DNA of 64,000 nt from Chloroflexota bacterium (GTDB lineage Bacteria; Chloroflexota; UBA11872; VXOZ01). Below the pieces are notes generated by a model. The model was given only the letters and a program-made list of their open reading frames with translations, had not been told where the DNA came from and made no database searches. The position numbers and the translations under genes were made by a program. Below are positions 48,267 to 57,834 of this stretch, in pieces (positions within the stretch are counted from its first letter, which is position 1; each line of letters begins with the position of its first letter). The DNA is taken from positions 1,136,196 through 1,200,195 of the forward strand of contig OZ244803.1 of the NCBI GenBank assembly GCA_965220045.1. Direction: 5' to 3'.

Positions 48267-49496
48267 TTACTGCATGGCGCCGCTATCGGGCCGGGAATGC
48301 CAGCGATGGCGGCCGCCCTGCTTTGGCGCGTTGGTTGTTTGCGTTGAGATATTGAGCAGAAGACCCATGGCAATTGAACTGGCGAGGAGCGAAGATCCAC
48401 CCGCGCTGACAAAGGGAAGCGGAATGCCGGTAAAGGGCAACAACCCGGTCACCACCGCCATATTCAGGAGTGCCTGACCGAAGAGCCCGCAGGTCAGGCC
48501 CAGGGCGAGTAACTGCCCGAACATGTCGGGGGCCTTGGCAGCCACGTTGAATCCTCGCCACGCGAGCAGCACATAGAGAATGAGCACGGCCAGCGTGCCA
48601 ATGAGCCCCAGCTCTTCGCCAATGACAGCATAGATCGTGTCGGTGTGCGGCTCGGGCATGTAGAAGAACTTTTGCATGCCCCTGCCAAGGCCGACGCCGG
48701 TGATCTTCCCCGAGCCAAAGGCAAGGAGCGCTTGAAAATTGTGATGCGCGACATTGTCTTGATACTGCGGGTTGAAGGGATCAAGGTAGGCTGTGAGGCG
48801 TTGCAGCCGATAGGGATGGAGAACGATGGCATACCACGTCGCGAGCGATCCTGCGACGAGCATGCCGAGAAGATAGAGCAAGGGAATACGGGCCGCAACG
48901 AGAATCGTCAGGCCGATGCACAGAATCATGGTCGCCGTGCCGAGGTCCGGCTGCTGCGCAACGATGGCGGCAATGAGCCCGACCAGTAGGGTAGGTATCA
49001 GGAAGTAAACGAGACGGCTGACCCTTTCGTCGCGGCTGGCGAGAACCTGTGCAAGGTAAAGGGCGAGTATCGGCTTGGCAATTTCGCTGGGCTGAATGCT
49101 CACCGAGCCCCAGCGTATCCAACGTACCGATCCTCTGGCCAGGTACCCAATGTCCGTGACAGCCATCAAGACCAGCACGACAACGACCGCCGCCAGGAAC
49201 CAGAATGTGATATTCACACCGAAGAACTGGATGCGGCCAAACCAGTGATAGTCAATGCGCAGGGCTGCAAGCGCCGCCGCGAAGCCCACGACGAGAAACA
49301 TAAGCTGGCGACGAAAGTAAAAGTGCGGATCGCCGGTCTCAGCATAGGCGACGGCAATGCTGGCACTGTAAATGGCGATCAAGCCGACTAACGGCAATGC
49401 CAGCATCAGGACAGTCAGAGGCACATCCGGCCAGCGTGCGCGTTTGGCGTCGTCAGCGTTTGGGACCGGGACGGACCTGGGCAGGATGCGTAGCAC
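48267..49496 (-). CDS. ftsW: SEDS peptidoglycan polymerase FtsW
   Basis: IQPSEIAK, QPDLGT, PEPHTD, GEELG, GIPLPFVSAGGSS. Confidence 0.93.
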   Translation of the reverse strand: MLRILPRSVPVPNADDAKRARWPDVPLTVLMLALPLVGLIAIYSASIAVAYAETGDPHFYFRRQLMFLVVGFAAALAALRIDYHWFGRIQFFGVNITFWFLAAVVVVLVLMAVTDIGYLARGSVRWIRWGSVSIQPSEIAKPILALYLAQVLASRDERVSRLVYFLIPTLLVGLIAAIVAQQPDLGTATMILCIGLTILVAARIPLLYLLGMLVAGSLATWYAIVLHPYRLQRLTAYLDPFNPQYQDNVAHHNFQALLAFGSGKITGVGLGRGMQKFFYMPEPHTDTIYAVIGEELGLIGTLAVLILYVLLAWRGFNVAAKAPDMFGQLLALGLTCGLFGQALLNMAVVTGLLPFTGIPLPFVSAGGSSLLASSIAMGLLLNISTQTTNAPKQGGRHRWHSRPDSGAMQ

Positions 49497-49501
49497 TGCG
49501 G

Positions 49502-51244
49502 TTAGCCTGTTTCCTCACGTATTATCGTCTGCTGAACCGTTGTCGGCGGAATGTGATAGTAGCGGAAGAGTTCGGCGGCGACGGCGCGAAACACCGGCGC
49601 AGCGACCAGAGAACCCCATGGTTCGACGGTCGGGTGATCGATCTTGACGAGTATGACGAACTTAGGATTCTCCACGGGGCCAAATCCCACGTAGGAGGCA
49701 ATCGTCAGTTCTTCGTGATAGCCGCCCGTTTCCAGCGGGATCGAGGCCGTTCCGGTTTTCCCCGCGACTTCATAGCCGTTGATCAGGTGCATCTTGCTCT
49801 CTGAACGCTTACTTGCGTTTATGAGCATTGACATGAGCGTATTGGCGGTATCTTTGCGAACGACACGGCGCACGGCTTGAGGCTCAATGCGCCGGATACC
49901 AGCTTCGGTATGGATCTCTTGCACCACATAGGGCCGCATGAGAACGCCATCGTTGACTATGGCGGATACCGCGGTTACAAGTTGGAGCGGCGTAACGGCA
50001 ATTCCCTGGCCAAACGCGTTCGTTGCCAGACTCGACGGATACCAATAGGGGGACTTCGGATCGTGAACGTCGCCAGCCACTTCTCCCCAGAGATCAATGC
50101 CGGTTGGCGCGCCAAAGCCAAATGCGGACACGTATTCATAGAACTGGTCTTTGCCTAACAGGTCGCCCACGAAGACGGCGCCGACATTGCTCGAATGCGC
50201 AATGAGGTCGGTCATGTCGCTTTCGCCGTGGCCTTTCTCGTCCCAGTTCTTAATCTCTACGCCGCCATACTCCACAGAGCCGGAGTCGAAGAATGTCTTC
50301 TCCGGCGTGATTACGCCGGCATCCAGAGCCCCGGCCAACGTAATCAACTTAAAGGTTGAACCCGGCTCATACTGCATACTGATTGCCGGATTGGCATAGG
50401 CATCTTGACCGGGCGAATGGAATGACTGGTAGGTATTGGAATCGTACGTAGGACGGCTTGCCATGGCGACAATTGCTCCCGTGCGCGGATCCATGACAAT
50501 GACGGTCCCGCCTGAAGCGCCGAACTCTTCAAGCGCCAGCTCCAGTTCTCTCTCGACAACGTGCTGCACGGTGCTGTCCAACGTCAACACAAGGTCTGCA
50601 CCGGGCTCCGCGGGTTGCAGAACCCACGTCGCCTCCCCGGCTTCACCGCCAAAAGGCGCGCTGGAGCTTAGCCGGCGTCCCGGCGCGCCCCGCAGCATTT
50701 CTTCGTAATGGCCTTCTATTCCGTATTGTCCGCTGCCGCTCTGGCTGTAGAATCCCACGACGTGCGCCGCCAGCATGCCAAGCGGATAGGTGCGGTAGGG
50801 GACGGCATTCAAATAAACCCCGGGCGCTTTACCGTCACTCAAGAGTTTCTTGATCCGTGCGCTTGTGTCCGGTGTTACACCCTTTGCCAGCACCGCATAG
50901 CGCGTGTCGGGCTGGTCCAAGAGGGCGGCCAATTGCTCGATCGGCATGTCAACCAGCAGGGACAATTCATTCGCTATGGCGGCCGGCGACGTGCCGCTCC
51001 CTCGTATAACGTTGGGCGCCGCCTCAACGTCGTCCAGGAACTCGGCGGTTGCCAGCAAGGTGCGATTTGCGTCGAAAATGCTTCCGCGTTTCGGTACGAT
51101 CTGGGTGTCTTGTTGGTATTGATCCTGAGCTTGCGTCGCCAGTCGATCGCTCTCCAGAATATGCAGCCAGACAAGCTCGCCCGCCACGACAAGCGCGCCG
51201 AGCAGTGCGAATGCTTGAATCAGCCGGATGCGCCCGGTACCCAT
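49502..51244 (-). CDS. ftsI: Class B penicillin-binding protein FtsI
   Basis: RGSIFD, RTYP, EPGSTFK (SxxK), SSN, KTGT. Confidence 0.92.
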   Translation of the reverse strand: MGTGRIRLIQAFALLGALVVAGELVWLHILESDRLATQAQDQYQQDTQIVPKRGSIFDANRTLLATAEFLDDVEAAPNVIRGSGTSPAAIANELSLLVDMPIEQLAALLDQPDTRYAVLAKGVTPDTSARIKKLLSDGKAPGVYLNAVPYRTYPLGMLAAHVVGFYSQSGSGQYGIEGHYEEMLRGAPGRRLSSSAPFGGEAGEATWVLQPAEPGADLVLTLDSTVQHVVERELELALEEFGASGGTVIVMDPRTGAIVAMASRPTYDSNTYQSFHSPGQDAYANPAISMQYEPGSTFKLITLAGALDAGVITPEKTFFDSGSVEYGGVEIKNWDEKGHGESDMTDLIAHSSNVGAVFVGDLLGKDQFYEYVSAFGFGAPTGIDLWGEVAGDVHDPKSPYWYPSSLATNAFGQGIAVTPLQLVTAVSAIVNDGVLMRPYVVQEIHTEAGIRRIEPQAVRRVVRKDTANTLMSMLINASKRSESKMHLINGYEVAGKTGTASIPLETGGYHEELTIASYVGFGPVENPKFVILVKIDHPTVEPWGSLVAAPVFRAVAAELFRYYHIPPTTVQQTIIREETG

Positions 51245-51248
51245 GGTT

Positions 51249-51722
51249 TTACCACCCATCGAGCAACTCCTCGCCAAAGAGCGCCGCAAATTGCTCGCGA
51301 ATGAGGTCCCATCGGGTGCTAAACGGCAAGTCTGCGTCTTCGGCGCCCCCGTCCAGCGGCAACTCAAGACTCTTGGCGCCTTCGGGCACATGCGCAAAGT
51401 GCACACGCCGCGCCGGAACCATGCCAAGATCCTCGCGGGCTATGAGCTCGATAGTGCGCAGATCCCCCGCACGGGCAATCTGAGTACGCAAGAGCTGGTT
51501 GTCGCGCTCGACTTGCTCGATCGTGCGTTCCAGGAGCTGGATGCGAAAGCCGGCGTCGGCAACTTGCCCCGTGGGCATCAGATAGAGCATTGCGACAAGA
51601 AAGAGCGCGAGGATGCCCATGTCAACGGCCACCAGCGGGCTCAATTCGTAATACCACGGCTTGCGGGCAGGGCTTTCCGTGCCGGCGTTCGCATGTTGAA
51701 GAACTGATTCTTGTTGTGCCAA
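51249..51722 (-). CDS. ftsL: FtsL-like cell division protein
   Basis: TM + coiled coil + IELIAREDLGM; located between rsmH and ftsI. Confidence 0.7.
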   Translation of the reverse strand: MAQQESVLQHANAGTESPARKPWYYELSPLVAVDMGILALFLVAMLYLMPTGQVADAGFRIQLLERTIEQVERDNQLLRTQIARAGDLRTIELIAREDLGMVPARRVHFAHVPEGAKSLELPLDGGAEDADLPFSTRWDLIREQFAALFGEELLDGW

Positions 51723-51736
51723 TTGCCGCCTCTGCG

Positions 51737-52681
51737 TTAAGGAATACGCTCGGCAACGCGCAAGCGCGCGCTACGACTCCGCGGATTTGATGATACCTCT
51801 GCTTGGTTGGCCCGAATGGGCTTGCGCGTCAGCACTCGCAGGGTCTCACGAGGATTGCAGACGCATTGGGGGATGTTGCCCGGGCAGACACACCGTCCGG
51901 AAGCACGTTGCAAGAATGCCTTGACAATACGGTCTTCCAAGCTGTGAAAGGCAATTACAACCAGACGACCGCCGTATGCGAGCAGATCGCGTGCCTGTTC
52001 CAGGGCATGCTGGAGATGGTCAAGTTCCCCGTTCACGGCAATGCGCAGCGCCTGAAAAGTGCGAGTGGCCGGATGGATGCGTTGCCTTTTTCTACCATAG
52101 GCGGCTTGCACGATCTTGGCCAAGTCGCCAACTCTCAACAGTGGGTGGTCGCGCCGTCGCTCGACGATGCGCCGGGCAATGCGTCTGGCAAACCGCTCTT
52201 CACCAAACTCCCAGATCAGATTTGCCAGTGACTCCTGACTCCACGAATTCACGACCGTCGCCGCAGTGAGTTCCTGCGTTGGGTCCATGCGCATATCCAG
52301 GGGGCCGTCTTGTTGCCAGGAAAACCCGCGTGCCGGATTGGCAATCTGCAAAGACGACATACCCAGGTCGAACAGAATTCCTTGAACCCCGCGAAAGCCG
52401 CTGTGTTCGGCCGCCGGGAGCAGCCGGGCGAAGTTGTCGCGCCTTAACACCGCGCGCTCCCCAAACCCCCGTAGTCGTGCAGCGCAACGTGCCAACGCTT
52501 GCGGATCGACGTCCAGACCCAGCAAATGGCCGGCGGGAGTGCTCTGGGACAAGATGCCTGCGGCGTGGCCGCCGCCGTTCACGGTGCAATCGATGAACTG
52601 TCCGCCGTCGCTTGCCCGCAAGCCCTCCAGCACCTGGGGAAGCAAGACGGGAGTGTGTCTTGCAGACGATCGTGCTGCCAT
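51737..52681 (-). CDS. rsmH: 16S rRNA m4C1402 methyltransferase
   Basis: HTPVLL, DLGMSS, GPLDMRM, HPATRTFQALRIAVN, FHSLEDR, NPRSRSARLR. Confidence 0.97.
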   Translation of the reverse strand: MAARSSARHTPVLLPQVLEGLRASDGGQFIDCTVNGGGHAAGILSQSTPAGHLLGLDVDPQALARCAARLRGFGERAVLRRDNFARLLPAAEHSGFRGVQGILFDLGMSSLQIANPARGFSWQQDGPLDMRMDPTQELTAATVVNSWSQESLANLIWEFGEERFARRIARRIVERRRDHPLLRVGDLAKIVQAAYGRKRQRIHPATRTFQALRIAVNGELDHLQHALEQARDLLAYGGRLVVIAFHSLEDRIVKAFLQRASGRCVCPGNIPQCVCNPRETLRVLTRKPIRANQAEVSSNPRSRSARLRVAERIP

Positions 52682-52777
52682 TGGGCGATTCCTGCTATCT
52701 CAATTGCTCGGGCAAGATCAAAGTCGCGAGTTCTCGGGGAGACAAGCATCGGATTACGGGTAAGGAGTTGCGTTCCA

Positions 52778-53215
52778 CTAGATGCCGAGATCAGCAAGCT
52801 GTTCCGCCAGGCTCCCCCCGGCAGCTTCGGTTGTGGCCTTGACCGCGTTCCATTCGTCCAGACCCCACACTTCAACGCGTTGGTAAAGTCCGATGACCGC
52901 CACGTTCGCTGTAATCCCGGCATATTCCCGTAAGTATTGAGGCAGTATGGTGCGTCCTTGGCTGTCGAGCGAGAGGTCGACAGCGCCTGAAAAGAGCAGG
53001 CGGCTTAGCGTGCGCACATTGGGCTGGGTCTGCGGCAGCCGGCTGACTTTCTCCGCAAGTCCTTCCCATTCCAGGCGCGGGTAGATGACCAGGCACTTGT
53101 CGAGGCCGCGAGTGACGACCGCGCCATCCGCCAGTTCTTCACGGAACTTCGCCGGAATGGCGAGGCGGCCCTTCTGATCCACTGTGTGCTGAAATTCGCC
53201 GAGGAACACGCTCAA
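52778..53215 (-). CDS. mraZ: dcw transcriptional regulator MraZ
   Basis: DQKGRLAIP and DSQGR DxxxR motifs. Confidence 0.97.
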   Translation of the reverse strand: MSVFLGEFQHTVDQKGRLAIPAKFREELADGAVVTRGLDKCLVIYPRLEWEGLAEKVSRLPQTQPNVRTLSRLLFSGAVDLSLDSQGRTILPQYLREYAGITANVAVIGLYQRVEVWGLDEWNAVKATTEAAGGSLAEQLADLGI

Positions 53216-53233
53216 CCGCCCACTATGAGGAAG

Positions 53234-53274
53234 TTATCCACACTTTACCCCACTTTTCCCCACTCTTATCCACA
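53234..53274 (-). promoter_or_regulatory. MraZ operator (GTGG repeats, 10-nt period) bracketed by two perfect DnaA boxes
   Basis: Minus strand GTGGATAAGA GTGGGGAAAA GTGGGGTAAA GTGTGGATAA; TTATCCACA at 53234-53242 and 53266-53274. Confidence 0.75.
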
Positions 53275-53280
53275 AGCGCA

Positions 53281-53310
53281 ATTATAGCCGCTGCCAGCAA
53301 CGGCAGTCAA
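53281..53310 (-). promoter_or_regulatory. sigma70 promoter of the dcw operon
   Basis: TTGACT-18 nt-TATAAT immediately upstream of the operator array. Confidence 0.7.
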
Positions 53311-53714
53311 GATCTTCCGACGGTATCTTGGTGAGTCCTGAGGCTGCCTGATGGCTGCGCTTCTGCAACACGTAAACAAGGCTGCGGCCGGCGAAGTCAC
53401 AGATTGACCGAACTCTCGGAACATAGCCGCGGCGCCTTGCACGGCATTACGAAATCAACCGCTTACCGTTGAGTTTGCAGGCACGACTGAGCCTCACACC
53501 GGTCACGATATAGCAGCGCCCGGCGAGTCCGGTAGAGAATCGTAGGGGTCGCCAACGCCTCGGTACGCTGCGCGGCGGAGATTGTAGGCTCAGAGCGGAG
53601 CGGTTTGGGTGCGATCCGGGAGAATTGAATGCAGCCAGGGCACCTGCGCTACACTGGAAGTGATCTGGCAGAGCGCGATTGTGCCCTGACCGTCAAGCGC
53701 TTAGTGCAAAACTG

Positions 53715-54941
53715 ATGAGCAAATCCAGACGCATGACTATTTCGGAAGAAGTCACGGAGCGGGCGCGGAGCCTGGGCTTCCGGCCGGTGGGCATTGCGCC
53801 GGCGCATTCCTTTACCGAGACCCGGGCAACCGCGCACGCCCGCTTGAAAGCAGGCCACCTCGACGGCATGCCCTGGTATACGCCCGCGCGCGTGGAGCGG
53901 GGCACGCGTCCCGCCTGGCTGCTCGCGGACGCCCGCTCCATAATCTCGCTTGCTCTGCCGTATAACGTGGGCGACGTGCCGGCAGAACATGGCGGCCCCG
54001 ACGGGCCCAACGGAATCGTGTCGCGCTATGCGTGGGGCCGGGACTACCATAACGTGCTGAGGAAGAAGCTCAAGTCCCTGGTGGCGCTGCTCGAGTCGAA
54101 GCATGCGTCCGCGCGCTTCTACGCGGATACAGGGCCGGTTCTCGATCGCGCGGCCGCCTTCCGTGCCGGCGTGGGCTGGTACGGCAAGAGCACAATGATC
54201 CTGACAGAGGACCAAGGCACGTGGGTCTTCCTTGCCGAGATCATTACCGATCTGGAGCTGGAATACACGCAGCCGCTAAAGAAGAACTGTGGGAGCTGTA
54301 CGCGCTGCATTGACGCCTGCCCCACCGGCGCCATTGTCGCACCGTATCAGGTCGACGCCCGCCGCTGTATCGCCTACCTTACTATTGAGAACCGAGGCGG
54401 CATACCCCGCGAACTCCGCGCTCTGATCGGTACCCGCGTCTTTGGATGCGACATTTGCCAGGACGTATGCCCGGTCAACCGATACGCGCCGGCAGACGGC
54501 GACGCGGACTTTCGGCCGAGACCCGGTGTGGGGCCGGCAATTCCATTGTTGCCGCTGCTCGAAATCTCCGAGGATGAATTCAAGGAGCGCTTTCAAGGCA
54601 CGCCCCTCATGCGCGCGAAACGGCGAGGACTGAGGCGCAATGCCATCATCGCCTTGGGCAATGCCGGCGACACCGTGGCGATTCCGGCCCTGCGACGCTT
54701 GCTCCTGAATGGCGCGGAGGACCCGATGCTGCGCGGGCACGCGGCATGGGCCTTGGGACGCTTCAACGACTTGGCGGCGGCGGAGGCATTGGGGCAGGCG
54801 GTAGAGCAGGGCATCCCGGCTGATGTGCAAGTGGAGGTAGAGGACGCCCTCCGGGCTCAGGACGAGCGAAAACCAGTGGTCAATCGCGACCGGACCGGCG
54901 AGGAGAGTTTAGCTCCAAGAACGCTCGTCGAGAGGAGATGA
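53715..54941 (+). CDS. queG: Epoxyqueuosine reductase
   Basis: SRYAWGRDYH, DTGPV, CGSCTRCIDACPT, FGCDICQDVCP, HEAT-like tail. Confidence 0.95.
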   Translation: MSKSRRMTISEEVTERARSLGFRPVGIAPAHSFTETRATAHARLKAGHLDGMPWYTPARVERGTRPAWLLADARSIISLALPYNVGDVPAEHGGPDGPNGIVSRYAWGRDYHNVLRKKLKSLVALLESKHASARFYADTGPVLDRAAAFRAGVGWYGKSTMILTEDQGTWVFLAEIITDLELEYTQPLKKNCGSCTRCIDACPTGAIVAPYQVDARRCIAYLTIENRGGIPRELRALIGTRVFGCDICQDVCPVNRYAPADGDADFRPRPGVGPAIPLLPLLEISEDEFKERFQGTPLMRAKRRGLRRNAIIALGNAGDTVAIPALRRLLLNGAEDPMLRGHAAWALGRFNDLAAAEALGQAVEQGIPADVQVEVEDALRAQDERKPVVNRDRTGEESLAPRTLVERR

Positions 54942-55002
54942 GGGTCTTAATCTCGATTCTCAAGTGGCTGCCGTTCGCTGCACGCCTCTGGGAACGGAGT
55001 GA

Positions 55003-55443
55003 TCACGAGTCGATTTCATCATTCCATATGACAGAGTCAAACGGATCGTAGACAAAGTGATCGACCGTCTGCCCTCTCTCCAGATGTTCGTTCACGATGG
55101 TGCGCACGTCCCGCGGCAGAATGTTGCAGTAGAAAACCCCTTCGGGGAACACCTGCATCACCGGCGCCCGTAGACAATGGCTGAGACACGTCGCCGTGTA
55201 GATATGGACACGGTCACCCATATCTTGCCGGTCAATCTGCTTCTTGAGTTCTGTCAGAATGCCCCGGCTTTTCTGGTCGGAGCACGTCGCTCCAATACAC
55301 ACGAACACTCGGCGCGGTCGAGTCTCTTCATCCTGATAGTCGGTTTCGGTCTTAGGTTCGTCGACTTGCTGTTGATCCGGCTTCCTTTTGGCTCGAGATG
55401 TTCGTTGGTACTTCCTACGTTTTCGTGAGTTCTGTTTTGGCAT
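55003..55443 (-). CDS. Thioredoxin-like [2Fe-2S] ferredoxin with basic N-terminal tail
   Basis: FVCIGATC…TCLSHCLRAP-MQVFPEGVFY…IVNEHL. Confidence 0.8.
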   Translation of the reverse strand: MPKQNSRKRRKYQRTSRAKRKPDQQQVDEPKTETDYQDEETRPRRVFVCIGATCSDQKSRGILTELKKQIDRQDMGDRVHIYTATCLSHCLRAPVMQVFPEGVFYCNILPRDVRTIVNEHLERGQTVDHFVYDPFDSVIWNDEIDS

Positions 55444-56193
55444 GTTCTATTGCCCTTTGGCGATACCAATGCCCTTCTGCCTGTCCGGCGAATCTGGTTC
55501 ACGATTGCAGCACAGAGTGGCGCTAGTGCTGCCCTGCCTCTCTGTTGCAGGCTGTGCAAAGTCCGTTCCTGCGTTACCGGGCCGCTGCCGGCAACCTAAA
55601 CGCCAATGAAGACTTCGCTTGCGCCCGCACAGGGCGCAAGTCCTCGCGACTGTAACGAATGCGCCTGGAACACTGCCACCGCGGCGGGAGGACTTTAGGA
55701 GACGACTGCTCCGCATTGACTGTTGTGCGAAGCATGCCACCACATAGTCCCTACTCAATGGCAACGCCGCCGTAGTGCCAGTTTCCCGGTCTGGCGATCT
55801 TCAAACCGCCGCGCCGGCACGCACCCGGCTTGCCGGGAGAGCGGCCAGCTTGGACTAAGTATACGAGCCGCCCGATGGCCTGTAAACCGGCGCAATTCTT
55901 CCATCATCTGGGACGCGGCGGCCTCGCACGCAGGACTGCACAGTGAATCTAGTCCGTGACTTTGCGCCGCGGAAGCAACGCGATTTACTTAAATCTTCCT
56001 GGAGTATGCATTTGGGAATCGTAGTCCCGGTTGCCGTCTTCTTCTCTCTCCCCACTCACCCACTCTCACTCTGTCGACTTACTTTTGCATCTATTTCGCG
56101 GCAATGAGAGCCCGCGATATCTCACTGCCGCCTCAGTTGAGAGCGGCGGCAACCTCAAGTATCTTAGGAGAGAGCAGTTGCCTGCAGCCGGCG

Positions 56194-57789
56194 TTGGCAG
56201 GAGACACTATCGCTACATTCGACTACATTGTCATCGGCAGCGGCATTGCAGGTCTCTACGCCGCCCACTACGCGCGCCAAAGTGGTTCTGTTCTGATTCT
56301 GACCAAAGGTCGTCTTTCTCAGTCCAACACGCGTTACGCGCAAGGTGGGGTAGCGGCTGCGGTCGCCTCTGGCGACAGTCCGGCGCTGCACTGGCGCGAC
56401 ACCATTGTTGCCGGCGCGGGGCTGTGCGACCCGTATGCGGTCATGGCGATGGTGTCTGAAGGCCCCGCCTGTGTCCGCGAACTCATGGCGCTGGGAGTCT
56501 CCTTCGACACGCTCCACGGTGAGATAGACCTGGCCAAGGAAGGGGCGCACTCCGTCCCTCGAGTTCTCCATGCGCGCGGTGACGCTACCGGCGCCGAGAT
56601 TGAAGGGGCTCTCTCGCGGCACACCCGCCGGACGGCGGTAACGATCCGTGAGAACCACCTCGCTACCAGGCTGCTGGTGCAGGGTGGGCGCTGCGTAGGG
56701 GTCGAAGCTCTCGATGAGCGCACGAAGTCCTTCCACGTATTTCGCACCCGTAACGTGATCCTCTGCTCCGGCGGGGCCGGCCAACTTTTCGCCTACACGA
56801 CAAATCCCAGTATCGCCACGGGGGACGGCGTTGCCCTGGCGTTCCAAGCCGGCGCAGGCATTGCGGATATGGAGTTCTTCCAATTCCATCCCACCGCGCT
56901 GCGAAAGACGGGGGCGCCCTCGTTCCTCATCTCAGAGGCCGTGCGCGGCGCGGGAGCGTATCTTCGAAACGGTAGCGGTGAGCGGTTCATGGCGCGCTAT
57001 CACGATCTTGCCGAACTTGCCCCCCGCGACGTTGTTTCGCGCGCGGCCGTTAAAGAGATCGCGCGCACAGGCGGCGATTGCGTCTACTTGGACTTGCGGC
57101 ACATGGACGCCGCTGAGACTCGGACCCACTTTCCAACAATCTATTCTCGCTGCCGAAAATACGACATTGACATTACAACCGATCTTGTACCTGTTGCTCC
57201 CGCGGCCCATTACATGACGGGGGGAGTACTTACCGACCTGTGTGGGCGCACATCGGTGCCAGGCCTCTACGCGTGCGGAGAAGTGGCATGTAGCGGCGTG
57301 CATGGCGCCAATCGTCTCGCGAGCAATTCATTGCTCGAAGCCCTAGTTTTCGCAAGGCGCATTGTTCTGGACACGCTCGGAATACCAGCGCCGGAGTATG
57401 ATCTGCCGGAAGAGAGGGAACCGGCGCTTGCACCGAGTGAGCACGTTCGCATCCCACTGCCGCCCATCGCGACGGACCGCAAGCGGGCGGGAGGAACGCT
57501 GCCTGCGCTCAAGCACCTGATGTGGCACAATACGGGCATTGTGCGGGAGGAGCCCGCACTGGCCGTGGCAGAGGAGCAGGTGCGCACGTGGCTGGCGCGC
57601 ACGCCACTTGGCAAGAAGCGGCGTCAGCACGAGTATCGCTCGTCGCTTATCCTGGGGCTGCTCCTCACAACCGCGGCTCGCATGCGCGGAGAGAGCCGCG
57701 GGGCGCATTTTCGCCAAGACTGTCCCGAGCCAAGTGATGTGTGGCGGCACCGCATTGTCATCTATCCGGAGAATATTGAAAGTGGATAG
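56194..57789 (+). CDS. nadB: L-aspartate oxidase (start uncertain)
   Basis: IGSGIAGL, YAQGG, EGAHS, FQFHPT, LISEAVRG, ELAPRDVV, GVHGANRLASNSLLE, ESRGAH. Confidence 0.95.
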   Translation: MAGDTIATFDYIVIGSGIAGLYAAHYARQSGSVLILTKGRLSQSNTRYAQGGVAAAVASGDSPALHWRDTIVAGAGLCDPYAVMAMVSEGPACVRELMALGVSFDTLHGEIDLAKEGAHSVPRVLHARGDATGAEIEGALSRHTRRTAVTIRENHLATRLLVQGGRCVGVEALDERTKSFHVFRTRNVILCSGGAGQLFAYTTNPSIATGDGVALAFQAGAGIADMEFFQFHPTALRKTGAPSFLISEAVRGAGAYLRNGSGERFMARYHDLAELAPRDVVSRAAVKEIARTGGDCVYLDLRHMDAAETRTHFPTIYSRCRKYDIDITTDLVPVAPAAHYMTGGVLTDLCGRTSVPGLYACGEVACSGVHGANRLASNSLLEALVFARRIVLDTLGIPAPEYDLPEEREPALAPSEHVRIPLPPIATDRKRAGGTLPALKHLMWHNTGIVREEPALAVAEEQVRTWLARTPLGKKRRQHEYRSSLILGLLLTTAARMRGESRGAHFRQDCPEPSDVWRHRIVIYPENIESG

Positions 57790-57834
57790 ACCCTTGGGTT
57801 CAATTCCTGAGCGTTCTCCGAGGCAGAATCCAAC

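Noticed and set aside
56037-56073. Pyrimidine tract with CCCACT repeats upstream of nadB resembling MraZ boxes
   Set aside because: Irregular spacing and low complexity; not distinguishable from chance.
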